A stretch of DNA of 63,772 bases, filler included, from Welwitschia mirabilis (Eukaryota): assembly GCA_051453625.1 (NCBI GenBank). It is 10 parts of one record of this genome, joined end to end, with 100 filler letters (N's around TTAATTAATTAA, not from the genome) between each part and the next. Parts side by side here need not be neighbours in the genome. Positions count along the whole stretch, not along the records: positions 26,622 to 30,341 come from JBOZIK010000001.1; positions 30,442 to 52,547 come from JBOZIK010000001.1; 8 more parts are not named here. One strand, given 5' to 3'. Positions within the stretch are counted from its first letter, which is position 1. Each line of letters begins with the position of its first letter. Under the pieces are notes generated by a model, which did no database searches, was not told the DNA's origin, and worked only from the letters and a program-made list of their open reading frames with translations. This document shows, piece after piece, positions 26,697-39,418 of this stretch. The translations under genes and the position numbers were made by a program.

Positions 26697-29600
26697 GTTT
26701 CTATTTTAAGCCATCCTTAGAGGCGTTAGATAGAGATGGGACATGCGTCAAGAGAAGAATGGTATCTTCTTTAGGGTTTTGGTTTGTAACCCTAATTAGT
26801 TGTAACCCTCGGCCTATTTAATCGTGATGTGAATGTTGCTTGTTTGTAAGATAGAGAGTTGAGTTCTGTGAGGCCTTCTTTCCTAAAGCATGTTGTTGGC
26901 TTGAAGCCTATTCTTGGCTTGTACTATTTAAGAAGATAATAGAGCTCTGCACTACTTTCCCATAGTTTTTTCTTCTCATTGGGGTTTTCCACGTAAATCC
27001 TTGTGTTTCTGTGTTCTCTTGCTGCATTGTTTATTCACTTTGCTATCGTATATTTCCGTAACACTTGGTATCAGAGCATTAGCTTTACATCTTACATGCT
27101 TTGGCAATAAGCTTTGTGTTCGTAAACCCTGCGAGCGAAGCGAAGCGAACGTAGCTAAGCAAAGGTTGCGAAGCGAGCTCGAAATTTTTTGGGTGTCCAT
27201 ACAACATGTTTGGCATTTGTCCATACAACCTACAATTAAGCGACGATGGAGCATTTACAGACAAGCGACTGACTAATCAGAGCTGAAAACTAGAACGTAT
27301 GGAAGATTCTGATGGAAGACATACTTTGTCAGAAGGAATGTGATGTAGTCCTAAAAATAGAAGCAGATGCGAAGACAGCATCTAGACTTTCTGAAACAGA
27401 ATGGCTGAAAAGGTATCCTCACAAAGAGTAGAAGAAACTTGACAGAAGGGTGCTTTCGTTGATCCGGTCGTGCCTTAGCAATGGGATTCTTCCATCCCAT
27501 AGCAAGATTTCTACAACAACTGAACTGTGGTAGATTTTGATATAAAGATATGATCAGCCTATTAGCATAAACCAAATTTATACTGTTAACAAGGTCTTCA
27601 AGATAAAGATGAAAGAAGGTGCATTATTGCAAGCATACTAGGATGAGATGATTTGGCTGTTCACACAGTTGGACAACCTAAGGGTAACGTTTGAAGAAAA
27701 CCTAAAAGTGACGTTTGACGTTTGAAGAAAACCTAAGGGTAATTGCGGTCCTCAATTCCTTGCCTAACTCTTGGGAAACTATTAGCACTAGCCTGATGAC
27801 TACCTCAGATATTATGTCATGCCTAAATACCGTAATTTCAAAGCTTTTGGATGCATACAAGACTAGGGTTGTTGAGTCTGTTAGAGAAGCCCTTACTATT
27901 TGTAGGGGGCATTCTTAGACTAGAGGAGGAGGACATTGGCAAAGCAAGAGCAGAGGAAAATCCGTCAACAGAAGCATTGAATGTTGGCACTACAAGAAGA
28001 AAAGCCACTTACGAAGGGACCGCTACAGCCTAGAAAACAAGCGTAAACAAAAGAAAAGAGGTAACTAGCAGAACCAGGAAGAAGGACAAGAGTTGAATGT
28101 AGAAGGAAATGTTGACGTTGTGTTGATTGCAGATGCACAAAAGATAAACGTTTCCCAATACTCTTGCCCTGATGTTTGGATTCTGGATTCTAGTTCTTCT
28201 TTTCATGTCTGCCTAGATGTTTCGATGTTTTCTTCGTATAACAAAGTTTCAGAGAAGTATGTGTATCTGGGGGATAATCGACGCTGTAAGATCAAAGAAA
28301 TTTGTTCTGTAATGGTGCAACAAAGTGACAGCAGAAAATTGTTTCTTCAAGATGTTAAACATATGCCTTAACTTGCTAAAAACTTAATTTCAGCAGATCA
28401 ATTAGATGTTGCTGGTTGTTCAGTCTTCTTTGGCGCACATGGCTGAAAGGTAATAAAAGGTGCCATGGTGCTGGCACAAGAAGAAAAAGAAGGAATCTTG
28501 TACACTCTACATGCTGATGTGGTAAAGCGCAGTGGTGTTGTTGCTAGCAATGAGGACGTATCTCTTTGGCATAAGAGACTTGGACATCTCAGTGAAACTG
28601 GCATGAAGATTCTGAGTTCTAAAACTTGCTTCCAGAGTTTGACTATGTTTCTTTAGATTTCTGTAAGGATTGTGCTGTTGCAAAAGCAAAACGTGTAAAC
28701 TTTAAAAAATCTGTTTCTAAAAATAAAAGCACAAATTTGGTTTATTCTGATGTTGTTGGGCCTATGATAGTGACATCTTTTGGTGGAACATCGTATTTTG
28801 TTACTTTTATTGATGACCTCAGTCAAAAAACTTAATTGTTTTCAATTCTCTCGAAAGATAGAGTCTTTGATATCTTCAAACAATTTAAAGCTAGAGTGGA
28901 AAATGAATCAGGTTGTAAAATTAAACACTTGGTGATAGATAATGGAGGTGAATACACCTCTCGTGACTTTGAGATGTTTGGCAGAGATAATGGAATTGTC
29001 CACACAAAGACACCTCCATAGACACCTCAGAATAATGGAGTGGCTGAAATATAATAGAAATACTTTAGAAAGGTTGCGTTCATTGTTGCAACAATCTGAC
29101 ATTTCAAAATGTCTTTAGGCTGAAACAGCCAACACAGCTACATATCTTATAAACAAATCACCGCATTTAGCACTTCAAAGAGGAATCCCAGAGTCTGTGT
29201 GGAGTGGGAGAAAGCTATCTTTCTCTCACTTGAAGGTGTTTGGCTGTGAAGCGTATGTGCATCAACAGAACACATGAAAACTGGATGAGCATGCACATAG
29301 GTGCGTTTTTCTAGGTTACAGAGGAGACAATCTTAGTTACAAGTTGTGGAATCCAGTGGACAAGAAGGTGATCAGATCACATAATGTGATCTTCTGTGAA
29401 CAACAAATACTTTACAAGTCACTGGAAGAGAATCAGAAGGAGGGAGTTCCTGATTCTAGCACTTTGCAAAAGACTTTTAAAATTTCAGATCACGAGGATG
29501 ATGGTAAAGTGAGTAATCCTCCTGATGATGAGGATGGTGAAGATGAAGACAATCCGCCTGAACTGCAACAGCCTGATCTTTTAGAAGGTAATGATGAAGA

Positions 29601-30714
29601 AGAGTCTCATACTCCTGCACATTGGGTAAGAGGATCTACTCATCCCAATAGAGTACTTGATAGATATTCTCCATCATTGCATTATATTTTGTACACAGAT
29701 AAAGGAGAACCTGAGACATATCAAGAAGTTGTTTCTTCGCCTAACTCAGAGAAGTGGAATGCTACAATGAAAGAAGAGTTGGATGCTTTANNNNNNNNNN
29801 NNNNNNNNNNNNNNNNNNNNNNNNNNNNNNNNNNNNNNNNNNNNNNNNNNNNNNNNNNNNNNNNNNNNNNNNNNNNNNNNNNNNNNNNNNNNNNNNNNNN
29901 NNNNNNNNNNNNNNNNNNNNNNNTTGGCCAAAAACCAGCCTTTGATTTTACTGAAATTTTTTCTCCAGTGATAAAGCATTCTTCTATTCATGTTATCTTA
30001 TCCATTATTGTTGTCTTAAATTTGGAATTGGAGCAGTTGGATATTAAAGACTACTTTTTTGCATGGTGATCTTGAAGAAGAGATTTATATAAAAGTGCTT
30101 GAAGGCTTGGAAACCAACGAGAAGAACTTGGTCTGTAGGTTGAACAGAAGTTTGTATAGTCTAAAACAGGCACCGAAGCAATGGTATAAGAAATTTGACA
30201 GCTTCATGGAAGAACAAAAATATAGGAGGAGTGATGTAGATCATTGTATTTATCTCCATGGATAGGCTTCCAGTAAGATTGTTATTTTATTGTTGTATGT
30301 TGCTAATATGCTTGTTGCTGGAAATGACATCTAGGAAATTANNNNNNNNNNNNNNNNNNNNNNNNNNNNNNNNNNNNNNNNNNNNTTAATTAATTAANNN
30401 NNNNNNNNNNNNNNNNNNNNNNNNNNNNNNNNNNNNNNNNNTTGTACAACTAATTGGTTGTCACCCTTGGCCTATTTAATCATGGTGTGAGGTTTGTTGG
30501 TTTGTAAAACAAAGAGTTCTGTGAGGCATTCTTGCCTGAACCCTGTTGTTGGCTTGAAGCTTGTTCTTGGCTTTACTCTTTAAGAAGATAATAGAGCTCT
30601 ACACTGCTTTCCATGGTTTTTTCCCCTCATTGAGGTTTTCCACGTAAATCTTTGTGTCTCTGTAGTCTCTTCTTGCATTGTTTATTTGCTTTGCTATTGT
30701 GTATTTCCATAACA
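26697..30714 (+). mobile_element. Ty1/copia family C: partial 5' LTR, PBS, gag-PR-INT-RT, and a matching LTR beyond a contig linker
   Basis: LTR ends GTAACA at 27063, PBS TGGTATCAGAGC 27066-27077, WILDSSSSFH, LWHKRLGH, DNGGEY, HGDLEEEIY...LKQAPKQWY. Homologous LTR at 30442-30714. Confidence 0.9.
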
Positions 30715-31599
30715 ATTCATGTATCTAGAATTTAGCTGAGAGAACAATATATAGTTGGATTCACACTCTTCCATTTTTTAGCTGACTTAGCAAACACTCA
30801 ATGACTTTCAAATTCTAACCAACCCTCCCTCACTCCCTCTCATTTACCTTGCCTCTATGCTCTTCAACTTACTTCCATCATAACCATCTCCATTTTGCCT
30901 TCCTCCAATGGAGAAGGATCCTATAACCCCTCACTCCACCCCATCCCTCTCTCTTTTGTCTTTGGATTTTGTAGCAACTGTCATGGTTTTCCTTTGTCCC
31001 TTTTCTCTTGTACTACTTGTATTCAGTAGCAACTGTTACAATTTCCCCTTTGTTTCGTTTTGCTTCTACTCTTTGTATTTTGAAGAAGGTTTCACTTCTC
31101 TTAGTCAATGAATTTGAGAACTTCTATGTTCAACTACTTGAAAGTTGCATCAAAAACCAATGAATGAAAATAATCAAAAGAGCCACAGAAGAACAAACTA
31201 CAAAGATCTAACAAGATTCAATATTTTTCTAGCCTACCTCCTTGAGATACATTGCAAAGCTCTTATGTTAACACCTTCAAGAGAAAGAACAAAGTCAAAA
31301 GAAACCTTTGAAGTTTTTTGTAGAACCTTTGCAACAGCTCTTTAAGAAACAAATGAATCCTGTTCAGATACCAAAACCCAAATCCTATGGTGTTAAAAAC
31401 ACAAGAAACAACTAGCCCTTCATAAAATATAACCCTTCTTAACGATTGCTTTACCTCACTAATTAGGCGTGTCCCTTAAAGTACACATATAAATTTTACC
31501 ATGTTTCGATAAACAGGATAAAAATTAAAATTATACAAAAGGGGAAAATTAAATCTAACTTCACAATAAAATCAGTTGCTACTGTCAAATTTGAAGAGG

Positions 31600-33760
31600 G
31601 TTTTGAAGCAAGATGTAACATATTTATAGGTATTTATTTACCATAATTTTCTTGGAAGGTTGAAAATAGTATTGAAATAGGAATGTATGCAAAGCTATCC
31701 TGATTCAAGTCCCAATTAGTAAACTTGTAGTGCTTTCTTGCCTAGAAAATTTTTTACTACACTTGTCATCATTTCTAAGCGAAATTCCTATTTAACAACA
31801 AATAAAGGAGGACTCTATTAAGTGGAAGGTTCCCAACTACCTTTAGGTCTTTCTGAGTCATTTTTGCATTATTTGAAGGGAAGCTCCAATTAATGTGAGA
31901 AGTAGTTCCCTTTGTTAATTTCAATAGACTAGAGGAGGGAAGTTGAAAGCAATTTCTTATTTTCCAGCATGCTCAATAAAGCAAGTAAAAAAGCTTGACT
32001 GATATCACAATAGAAAAAGCGGAGGGAGAAAAGGAGGGCACAAGAATCTCACATAAGAGAGAGGGATAGGAAGCTTGACAACAGGAAGGGGATAAGATGA
32101 CCACATTGTAGAAATGAAGGGTTGGCTAAAAGATTGTGCAATGGCATAAAGGAATTCAAACTCATGGACATGATGAGAGTGTCATGAAAGCCAAAAGAAT
32201 TGATCTAAGGTTCACTTAATGAAGAAATAAGTCATTTTCCAATAGCTAAATTATACACATCCTTTCTGACTAGTTCAAACTAGTAATCTTTCCTATGTAA
32301 AACCACATCATTAGAGAGCTTGGAACATGAAATGCATACACTCCAAAAGTGGAAACGACTTGAATAACACATCTACAAATGACTAGCTAGCATGCAGTTA
32401 GCATTTGGACAGCGACCAGTTTTAGAAAAAGGCTGGTAACGACAAACAAGGAAAGTTGCTTAAGCATATTTTTAAATGTGAATACAATCACTTTTTTGTA
32501 CCACAATCTTTTTGCTTTTCTTGTGTTAGAAAAATGCAATGAAGCAAAAACAAACTACAAACGTCAAGACACCAGATTTATGTGGAAAACCCCAATGTCG
32601 GAAAAAACCACAAAAGCAATGCAGAGCTCTCTTATTAGAATGAAAAAGGATATAGGCCATCCTCTGTAGTCAAAATTACAACTCTTGACTCCCACACACC
32701 TTATAATCCATGCCTCTATTTCCTTTATGTAGATTTCCTTTTAAGATAGAAACCCTCATCCTAACTTCTAGAACTTTCTAGATGACCCCATTAGACTTCC
32801 TTTCTCCCTTTAATATTAAATTACAACAAGAAGGGGACTGTGTAAAAATATAGAGAGTCAAAACTACAAATGAATAAATAACACCAAGAGATTTGGCTTC
32901 ACTTCCAACACCCTAATCTTCTGATATATGACATTATAATGTTAGTATTCTAACGTCCAAGATGACAAACAACAATGAGAAGATAGGAATTTCTTTTCAT
33001 TCATCTTTCGTTCAAGTATTCAAAGCTAGATCATAAATTTCGTATTGAAACAGCCAACTTGTTGGTTATTGATTTTGTTCCTCTTGTTTTGATAGGGATT
33101 GGTATAAATTTAGGGAAGCTCACCCCATGTCTCTCTGATATGGCCACCTAAAGGCCTATCAATCCCCCAACAACATGGGAAGCCTTTCCAATAATCACCC
33201 ACCTCACTTCAATAAGTAGCTTGCTCTTAACAAGCATTCAAAGCTAGTGATGAAGGAGCTTAATACAAACAGAAATTGTGACAGAGTCAATTAAAGAAAG
33301 CTTCACTAGTGGAGAAGTCATAGAACTCTACCTTGAACTTGCAGTCCTTCAAGGAAAAAAAGGCATATACAAACTATGAAACATAGATGATGACACAACA
33401 AACCTATGAAAGATGTGATGGATTAGACATTATATTGCTATCTCCATGTAAAGTTTCTTAATAAGCTTGATTTAACAGTCAATTTGACATGTCAAAATTT
33501 GATGCACAAAGGCCAATGTGGCTCATCTTCAATTAGTCGTGGAATCTCCCAAACTGACATCACCTTCCACATCCAAATTTTACCAAAGACAAAAATTGAT
33601 TGGATGAGTCTCTGTAAGAATGTCTGTGCAAAAGATTTGTCATGTAATACACAAAAAAGGTAAAAAATTAAAAAGAGAAGGGGGCGGGATGGGGTTGGGG
33701 GGGTAATTGGTTGGGGAAATGGGAAGCTTGGGAAGTTCATGGAAGTCAACAATCCTTACG
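31600..33760 (-). mobile_element. Possible degenerate LINE fragments flanking a solo LTR
   Basis: Weak minus-strand resemblance to LINE RT and zf-RVT motifs (LIPFLL, GNLPL, GKIWMW...PLC). Confidence 0.3.
32524..32910 (-). repeat. Isolated copia LTR (family B type, ~387 bp)
   Basis: Minus strand TGTTGGAAGTGAAGCCAAATCTC...TTTCTAACA; no PBS or PPT adjacent; matching TSD not seen. Confidence 0.8.
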
Positions 33761-36700
33761 TAGCAACCAAAATTAACATCAAAGCAACTTGTTTGAGGGC
33801 CAACTAGTGTTTGGATCCATAAGCATCAATCCAATAGGATGTTCATATACTGCATTCCAAAGCAAATAAAGCCAAGTGTTAACTAATGTAATTCATGTGT
33901 GAGTCAAGATCAGAATAAGAATACGCTCTAAAGAATCAAGAACATATGGTGGGCTGTCCAAACTCTCAACCAACTAGGATTCAAGTGGAAAACTGATTGA
34001 TTTCATAAATCATAGATGTTCACATAAGCACAGTTATGAGTACCGCTAGAGCTATACAAACTTCATGCCTAATGTATCGAGCTCTACCTTTTATAATTTG
34101 TACTTTCTCAAGTAGCAGGTAGTAATGGAGGGGAAGTTTCCAAAGTAGCTGTAAAACAGATTTTGTGTGATTGTGGATCACATTTTGAAATATGAATCAC
34201 TAGGTCAGCCATTTGATAGTTGAAGCAACATTGTCCTTCTTTGCTCATTAAGTCTATCAATGTTGTTTCCATAGAATAATGTTTTTCGTTTGATAGTGAA
34301 AATTAACTTTTAAAATATCGTCTTTGTTGATATGTGAAGCCAAAAATGTTATTTATGTTGAAATGTTATGTTTTAACATTAAACCTTATTTAAAGTTGTA
34401 AAAGGGGGTTGGCTTGTAACCCTAACTCCAAGCCTATATAACCTATTAGAGTGTTGTTTGTTGTCTTGGAATACATTTGCTCCTAATCAATCAATATAGC
34501 CCTACATTGCTTCTCATGGACGTAGAGGGGAAAAAAGCCCAAACCATGAAAATTCTGTGTTCTTCCTTTCGTTTGCATGCAGTTCCAATTTTCTTAGCAT
34601 TCTAGATCAAAGTGCTAGGATTTGATATGGAGCGTCTACAAACAACAGACAAACTTTGGGGCCCAGAAAATTAGGGTGTGTAGAAAATCTTGATGAGAGA
34701 CATTCTGCAGCGAAGGGGGTGTAAACTTGCTCTAAAAATGAAAGCATAAGCAAAGGCAGATCTGAAGATGGATGATACTGCTTGGTTGGCCTTCATGCCA
34801 GATGTTGAATGGGACGAGATAAATTCCAATGCATTATCTTTCATCTGCCCTTGTCTCAACAATAGCATTTTAAAGGCTCATTCAAGAGTTCTAACTGCAC
34901 AGGAACTTTGACAAAAGTTGAAAGACCGGTATGATCAGCCATCTATGATAAATAGGTATGTGGTCTTTAGCCAAGCTTTTACTACAAAGATGAAAGAAGT
35001 AACAAAATTTTTGAGTCGTCTGGAGGAGATGCAAAATATATTTTCGCAAACCGATGATCTTGGGATCACGTTTACAAAGAGATGTGCATTACCACCATTC
35101 TAATTTTATTGCCTCAGAGCTGGTCGATTATTGTAACTCCGGTTCTAGCATCTACTGGTAAGAATAGTATAACACTTGAAGAACTTATTGCAATGTTATT
35201 AGATATAGAAAAGCATAATGCATTTGGTTCATCTAGCAGTGAGAAACAAGAAGAAGCTTTGGTAACTCATAAAGGACATTCGCAATTTAGGGCAGGACAT
35301 GGTAGAAGCAAAAGCACAACTAAATCCTAAGGCAGGGACATTGTCTGCCATTACTACAAAAAGAAAGGACACGTGATAAAAGATTGTTGGAAGTTTAAAG
35401 AAAAACGTAAGAAAAGGGATGAAAAGAACAAGGACGCTTCCAGTTCTGCTCCATCGTCGGATAGTAAAGCTGACATTGCTCTGTTAACANNNNNNNNNNN
35501 NNNNNNNNNNNNNNNNNNNNNNNNNNNNNNNNNNNNNNNNNNNNNNNNNNNNNNNNNNNNNNNNNNNNNNNNNNNNNNNNNNNNNNNNNNNNNNNNNNNN
35601 NNNNNNNNNNNNNNNNNNNNNNNNNNNNNNNNNNNNNNNNNNNNNNNNNNNNNNNNNNNNNNNNNNNNNNNNNNNNNNNNNNNNNNNNNNNNNNNNNNNN
35701 NNNNNNNNNNNNNNNNNNNNNNNNNNNNNNNNNNNNNNNNNNNNNNNNNNNNNNNNNNNNNNNNNNNNNNNNNNNNNNNNNNNNNNNNNNNNNNNNNNNN
35801 NNNNNNNNNNNNNNNNNNNNNNNNNNNNNNNNNNNNNNNNNNNNNNNNNNNNNNNNNNNNNNNNNNNNNNNNNNNNNNNNNNNNNNNNNNNNNNNNNNNN
35901 NNNNNNNNNNNNNNNNNNNNNNNNNNNNNNNNNNNNNNNNNNNNNNNNNNNNNNNNNNNNNNNNNNNNNNNNNNNNNNNNNNNNNNNNNNNNNNNNNNNN
36001 NNNNNNTTCTTCTTATGAACCTATCGCCAATGGATCATGTCTTTGGTTGGGAGATGATAGCAAATATGAGGTCAAAGGTAAAGAAACGGTTGTCCTCATG
36101 AGACAGAATGGCCAGACCGTTACTTTGACCAATGTTCGACATGCTCCAGGTTTGGTAAAGAATCTGATCTCAACTGGTTAGCTTAGTGATAGTGGTTTTA
36201 CAACCATGTTTGATAGCAGTTCTTGGAAAATCAGCAGCAGAGCATTAGTGATTGCCCGCGGAAGCAGAGAAGGTACCATGTATGTTTTATGTTCTGTTAA
36301 TCCTGTTAGTTTAGCTTGTGTGGCCAATGGAGAAGCTGCAGCAAGTACTTGGCACAAGCATCTTAGGCATCTGAGCGAAACAGGTCTACAGATACTTATT
36401 TCTAAAGGCTTATTGCCTATAGTTTCTCTCTCTTCTGATTTCTGTTCAGATTGTGTGATTGGTAAAAGTAGGAGAGTGAATTTTAAAAGAAACAGTAAGC
36501 GTTTAAAACAACATAGATTAGAATTAATTCATTTTGATTTGGTCAGCCCCATTGAACACACCTCTTTGGGAGGTGTTGAATATTTCATTATTTTTGTTGA
36601 CGATTTTTCTAGAAAGCTATGGCTTTAGCCTTTAAAATGAACAGATGAAGCTTTTTAGGCATTTAGAATTTTTAAGGCCAGAGTTGAGAATGAAACTGGT

Positions 36701-38280
36701 TGTAAAATTAAAGAATTGGTGATAGATAATAGAGGTGAGCTTACTTCCAAGGAGTTTGAGAATTTTTGTAAGGAAGCTAGAATTATTCATCAGAAAACTG
36801 TGCTTAGAACTCCACAACAAAATGGAGTTGTTGAAAGGCAAAACAGGACGATTTTGGAAAGAGTGAGAGTTGTTCTCACACATTCCGGTTTGCCCAAATA
36901 GTTTTGGACTGAAGTTTCTAGTACCATTACATATTTGCTGAACAGGAGTCCACATAATGGAATTGATAGACAGGTACCAGAATGCCAATGGAGTGGGAGT
37001 TCTCTTTCTTACTCTCACCTTATGAGAATTAGTCGTGGAGCCTATGCTCATCAACAGAGTGCTTCAAAGCTAAGAGAAAGGGCCAGAAAATGTGTGTTTT
37101 GAGTTACGGTGGTAATGATAGTGTTTACAGGTTGTAGGATCCTATGGAAAAGAAGGTATTCAGATCACGTGATATAGTTTTTAATGAAGATATAATGTAT
37201 TTTAAATCACAGGAAAGGATTCAAAATAAAGAAAAATCTGATCCTAGCACCCTTATGAAGCCTGTCAGTATTCCAAATCAATTTCCAACTCATCGCATAA
37301 TTGAAAATGATTCTCAATTTAGCTCCTCTGATTAGGAAGAGGAAGAAGAGGAACATGAAAATGTTCCTAAAATTGAATCTAAATCTGAACAAAATGTAGA
37401 GAACTTTCAAACACTAGATCATTGGGTTAGGCCTTAGGCATTCTACCAAGCCCATCAGACCACCTACCAGCCCTGATGCTAGTAAATAGATGGAGGCTAT
37501 GAATGAGGAGATGAAGTCCTTTGAGCAGAACCATACTTGGCAAGTAATGCCCTTGCCACCTGGGAAAAGGACACTGAAAAACAAGTGTATCTATAAGTTG
37601 AAACAAGAAACTAATGGAACAAAATGATAGTGAAAGGTTTTCCACAGAAGAAAGGTATTGATTNNNNNNNNNNNNNNNNNNNNNNNNNNNNNNNNNNNNN
37701 NNNNNNNNNNNNNNNNNNNNNNNNNNNNNNNNNNNNNNNNNNNNNNNNNNNNNNNNNNNNNNNNNNNNNNNNNNNNNNNNNNNNNNNNNNNNNNNNNNNN
37801 NNNNNNNNNNNNNNNNNNNNNNNNNNNNNNNNNNNNNNNNNNNNNNNNNNNNNNNNNNNNNNNNNNNNNNNNNNNNNNNNNNNNNNNNNNNNNNNNNNNN
37901 NNNNNNNNNNNNNNNNNNNNNNNNNNNNNNNNNNNNNNNNNNNNNNNNNNNNNNNNNNNNNNNNNNNNNNNNNNNNNNNNNNNNNNNNNNNNNNNNNNNN
38001 NNNNNNNNNNNNNNNNNNNNNNNNNNNNNNNNNNNNNNNNNNNNNNNNNNNNNNNNNNNNNNNNNNNNNNNNNNNNNNNNNNNNNNNNNNNNNNNNNNNN
38101 NNNNNNNNNNNNNNNNNNNNNNNNNNNNNNNNNNNNNNNNNNNNNNNNNNNNNNNNNNNNNNNNNNNNNNNNNNNNNNNNNNNNNNNNNNNNNNNNNNNN
38201 NNNNNNNNNNNNNNNNNNNNNNNNNNNNNNNNNNNNNNNNNNNNNNNNNNNNNNNNNNNNNNNNNNNNNNNNNNNNNNNN

Positions 38281-38563
38281 TGTGGAGAGTTGCTCACTGG
38301 GTTGAGCATTGTTGTATTGTTTTCCCTCTGGTATAGAGATATGAAGAAGGAGGTGACTTTTGTGGATCTATTTGGATAATAGATCCAGGAGGCTGATAGC
38401 AGTTGCTACCCCCTGAGAGTGGAGTAAGCAGGGCTGCCGAACCACTATAAAAATCTGGTGCCTTCTTGTCTTCAGCATTTTTACTTGTAGAGTGTGTTCA
38501 TAATATTGTTTAATTTTTTTAAATACTCTTTTCACCCCCCTCTAGAGCATTTCGATCGTAATA
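38281..38563 (+). repeat. 3' end of a Sirevirus-like LTR nested in the copia RT
   Basis: C-rich TTCACCCCCCTCT at 38531-38543, ~20 bp before a degenerate GTAATA end; copia RT resumes at 38564. Confidence 0.6.
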
Positions 38564-38923
38564 GTTATGAATGAGGAGATGGAGTCCTTTGAGCAGAGCC
38601 ATACTTGGGAGGTTATGCCCTTGCCACCTAGGAAAAGGGCATTGAAAAACAAGTGGATATATAGGTTGAAACAAGAAACCAATGGAGCAAAACGTTACAA
38701 GGCCAGAATGGTAGTGAAGGGTTTTGCACAACAGAAAGGCATTGATTTCAATGAAATTTTCTCTCCATTTATTAAACATAACTCCATTTGTATCATTTTA
38801 GCTATGGTAGCTTGCATGGATTTAGAATTGGAACAACTAGATATCAAAACCGCGTTCTTGCATGGTGATTTGCAAGAAGAAATTTATATGGAACAGCTAG
38901 AAGGTTTTGGGAATGGCAAGAAC

Positions 38924-39418
38924 CATAGTTGCATGGATCAGAGCAGATTTCAGATCACTTTTTTTGTGTTGGAGATTCCAGATTATTGGATCACTCCGGA
39001 GCAAATTATAGATCGCTTTGGATCACAAATCTTAAAAAAAGTGAAAATGAATGTATTGTAATTTTTTTAAACGTCCTTGCAATTGTGTTGACATTCTTGC
39101 AGTTATGATCATCACAAGTTACAGATACAATATATTTTCAATGTTTTTGATTATTTTAAAGGAGTGCATTTGGGCAATTCAATATTGTATCAATTAAAAC
39201 ATTAAACCTCCACTAGGTGTTACCACATGAGTAAGTCAAAACTAAAGTTCTAAGATTTCATGTTTTTGAAACAAAACCTTCACTATTTCAGAAACAGTTC
39301 AAAAGAAAACTTCTTGAATTTGTTTTAAAATGATCAAATCTTTTTAAAAAATTGTTTCTATTGTATTCTTTCACTATTTCAATGGAAAATACGAACCACT
39401 AGAATGAGAAATGTGTGA
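38924..39418 (-). mobile_element. End of a hAT-family element inserted in the copia RT
   Basis: Begins CATAGTTGCATGGATC; the first ~230 bp align with the reverse complement of 12250-12475. RT breaks exactly after GGCAAGAAC. Confidence 0.82.

Noticed and set aside
31146..31565. Additional solo LTR (also 22986-23240)
   Set aside because: LTR-like composition, but termini are ambiguous and there is no TSD or second copy in the window.
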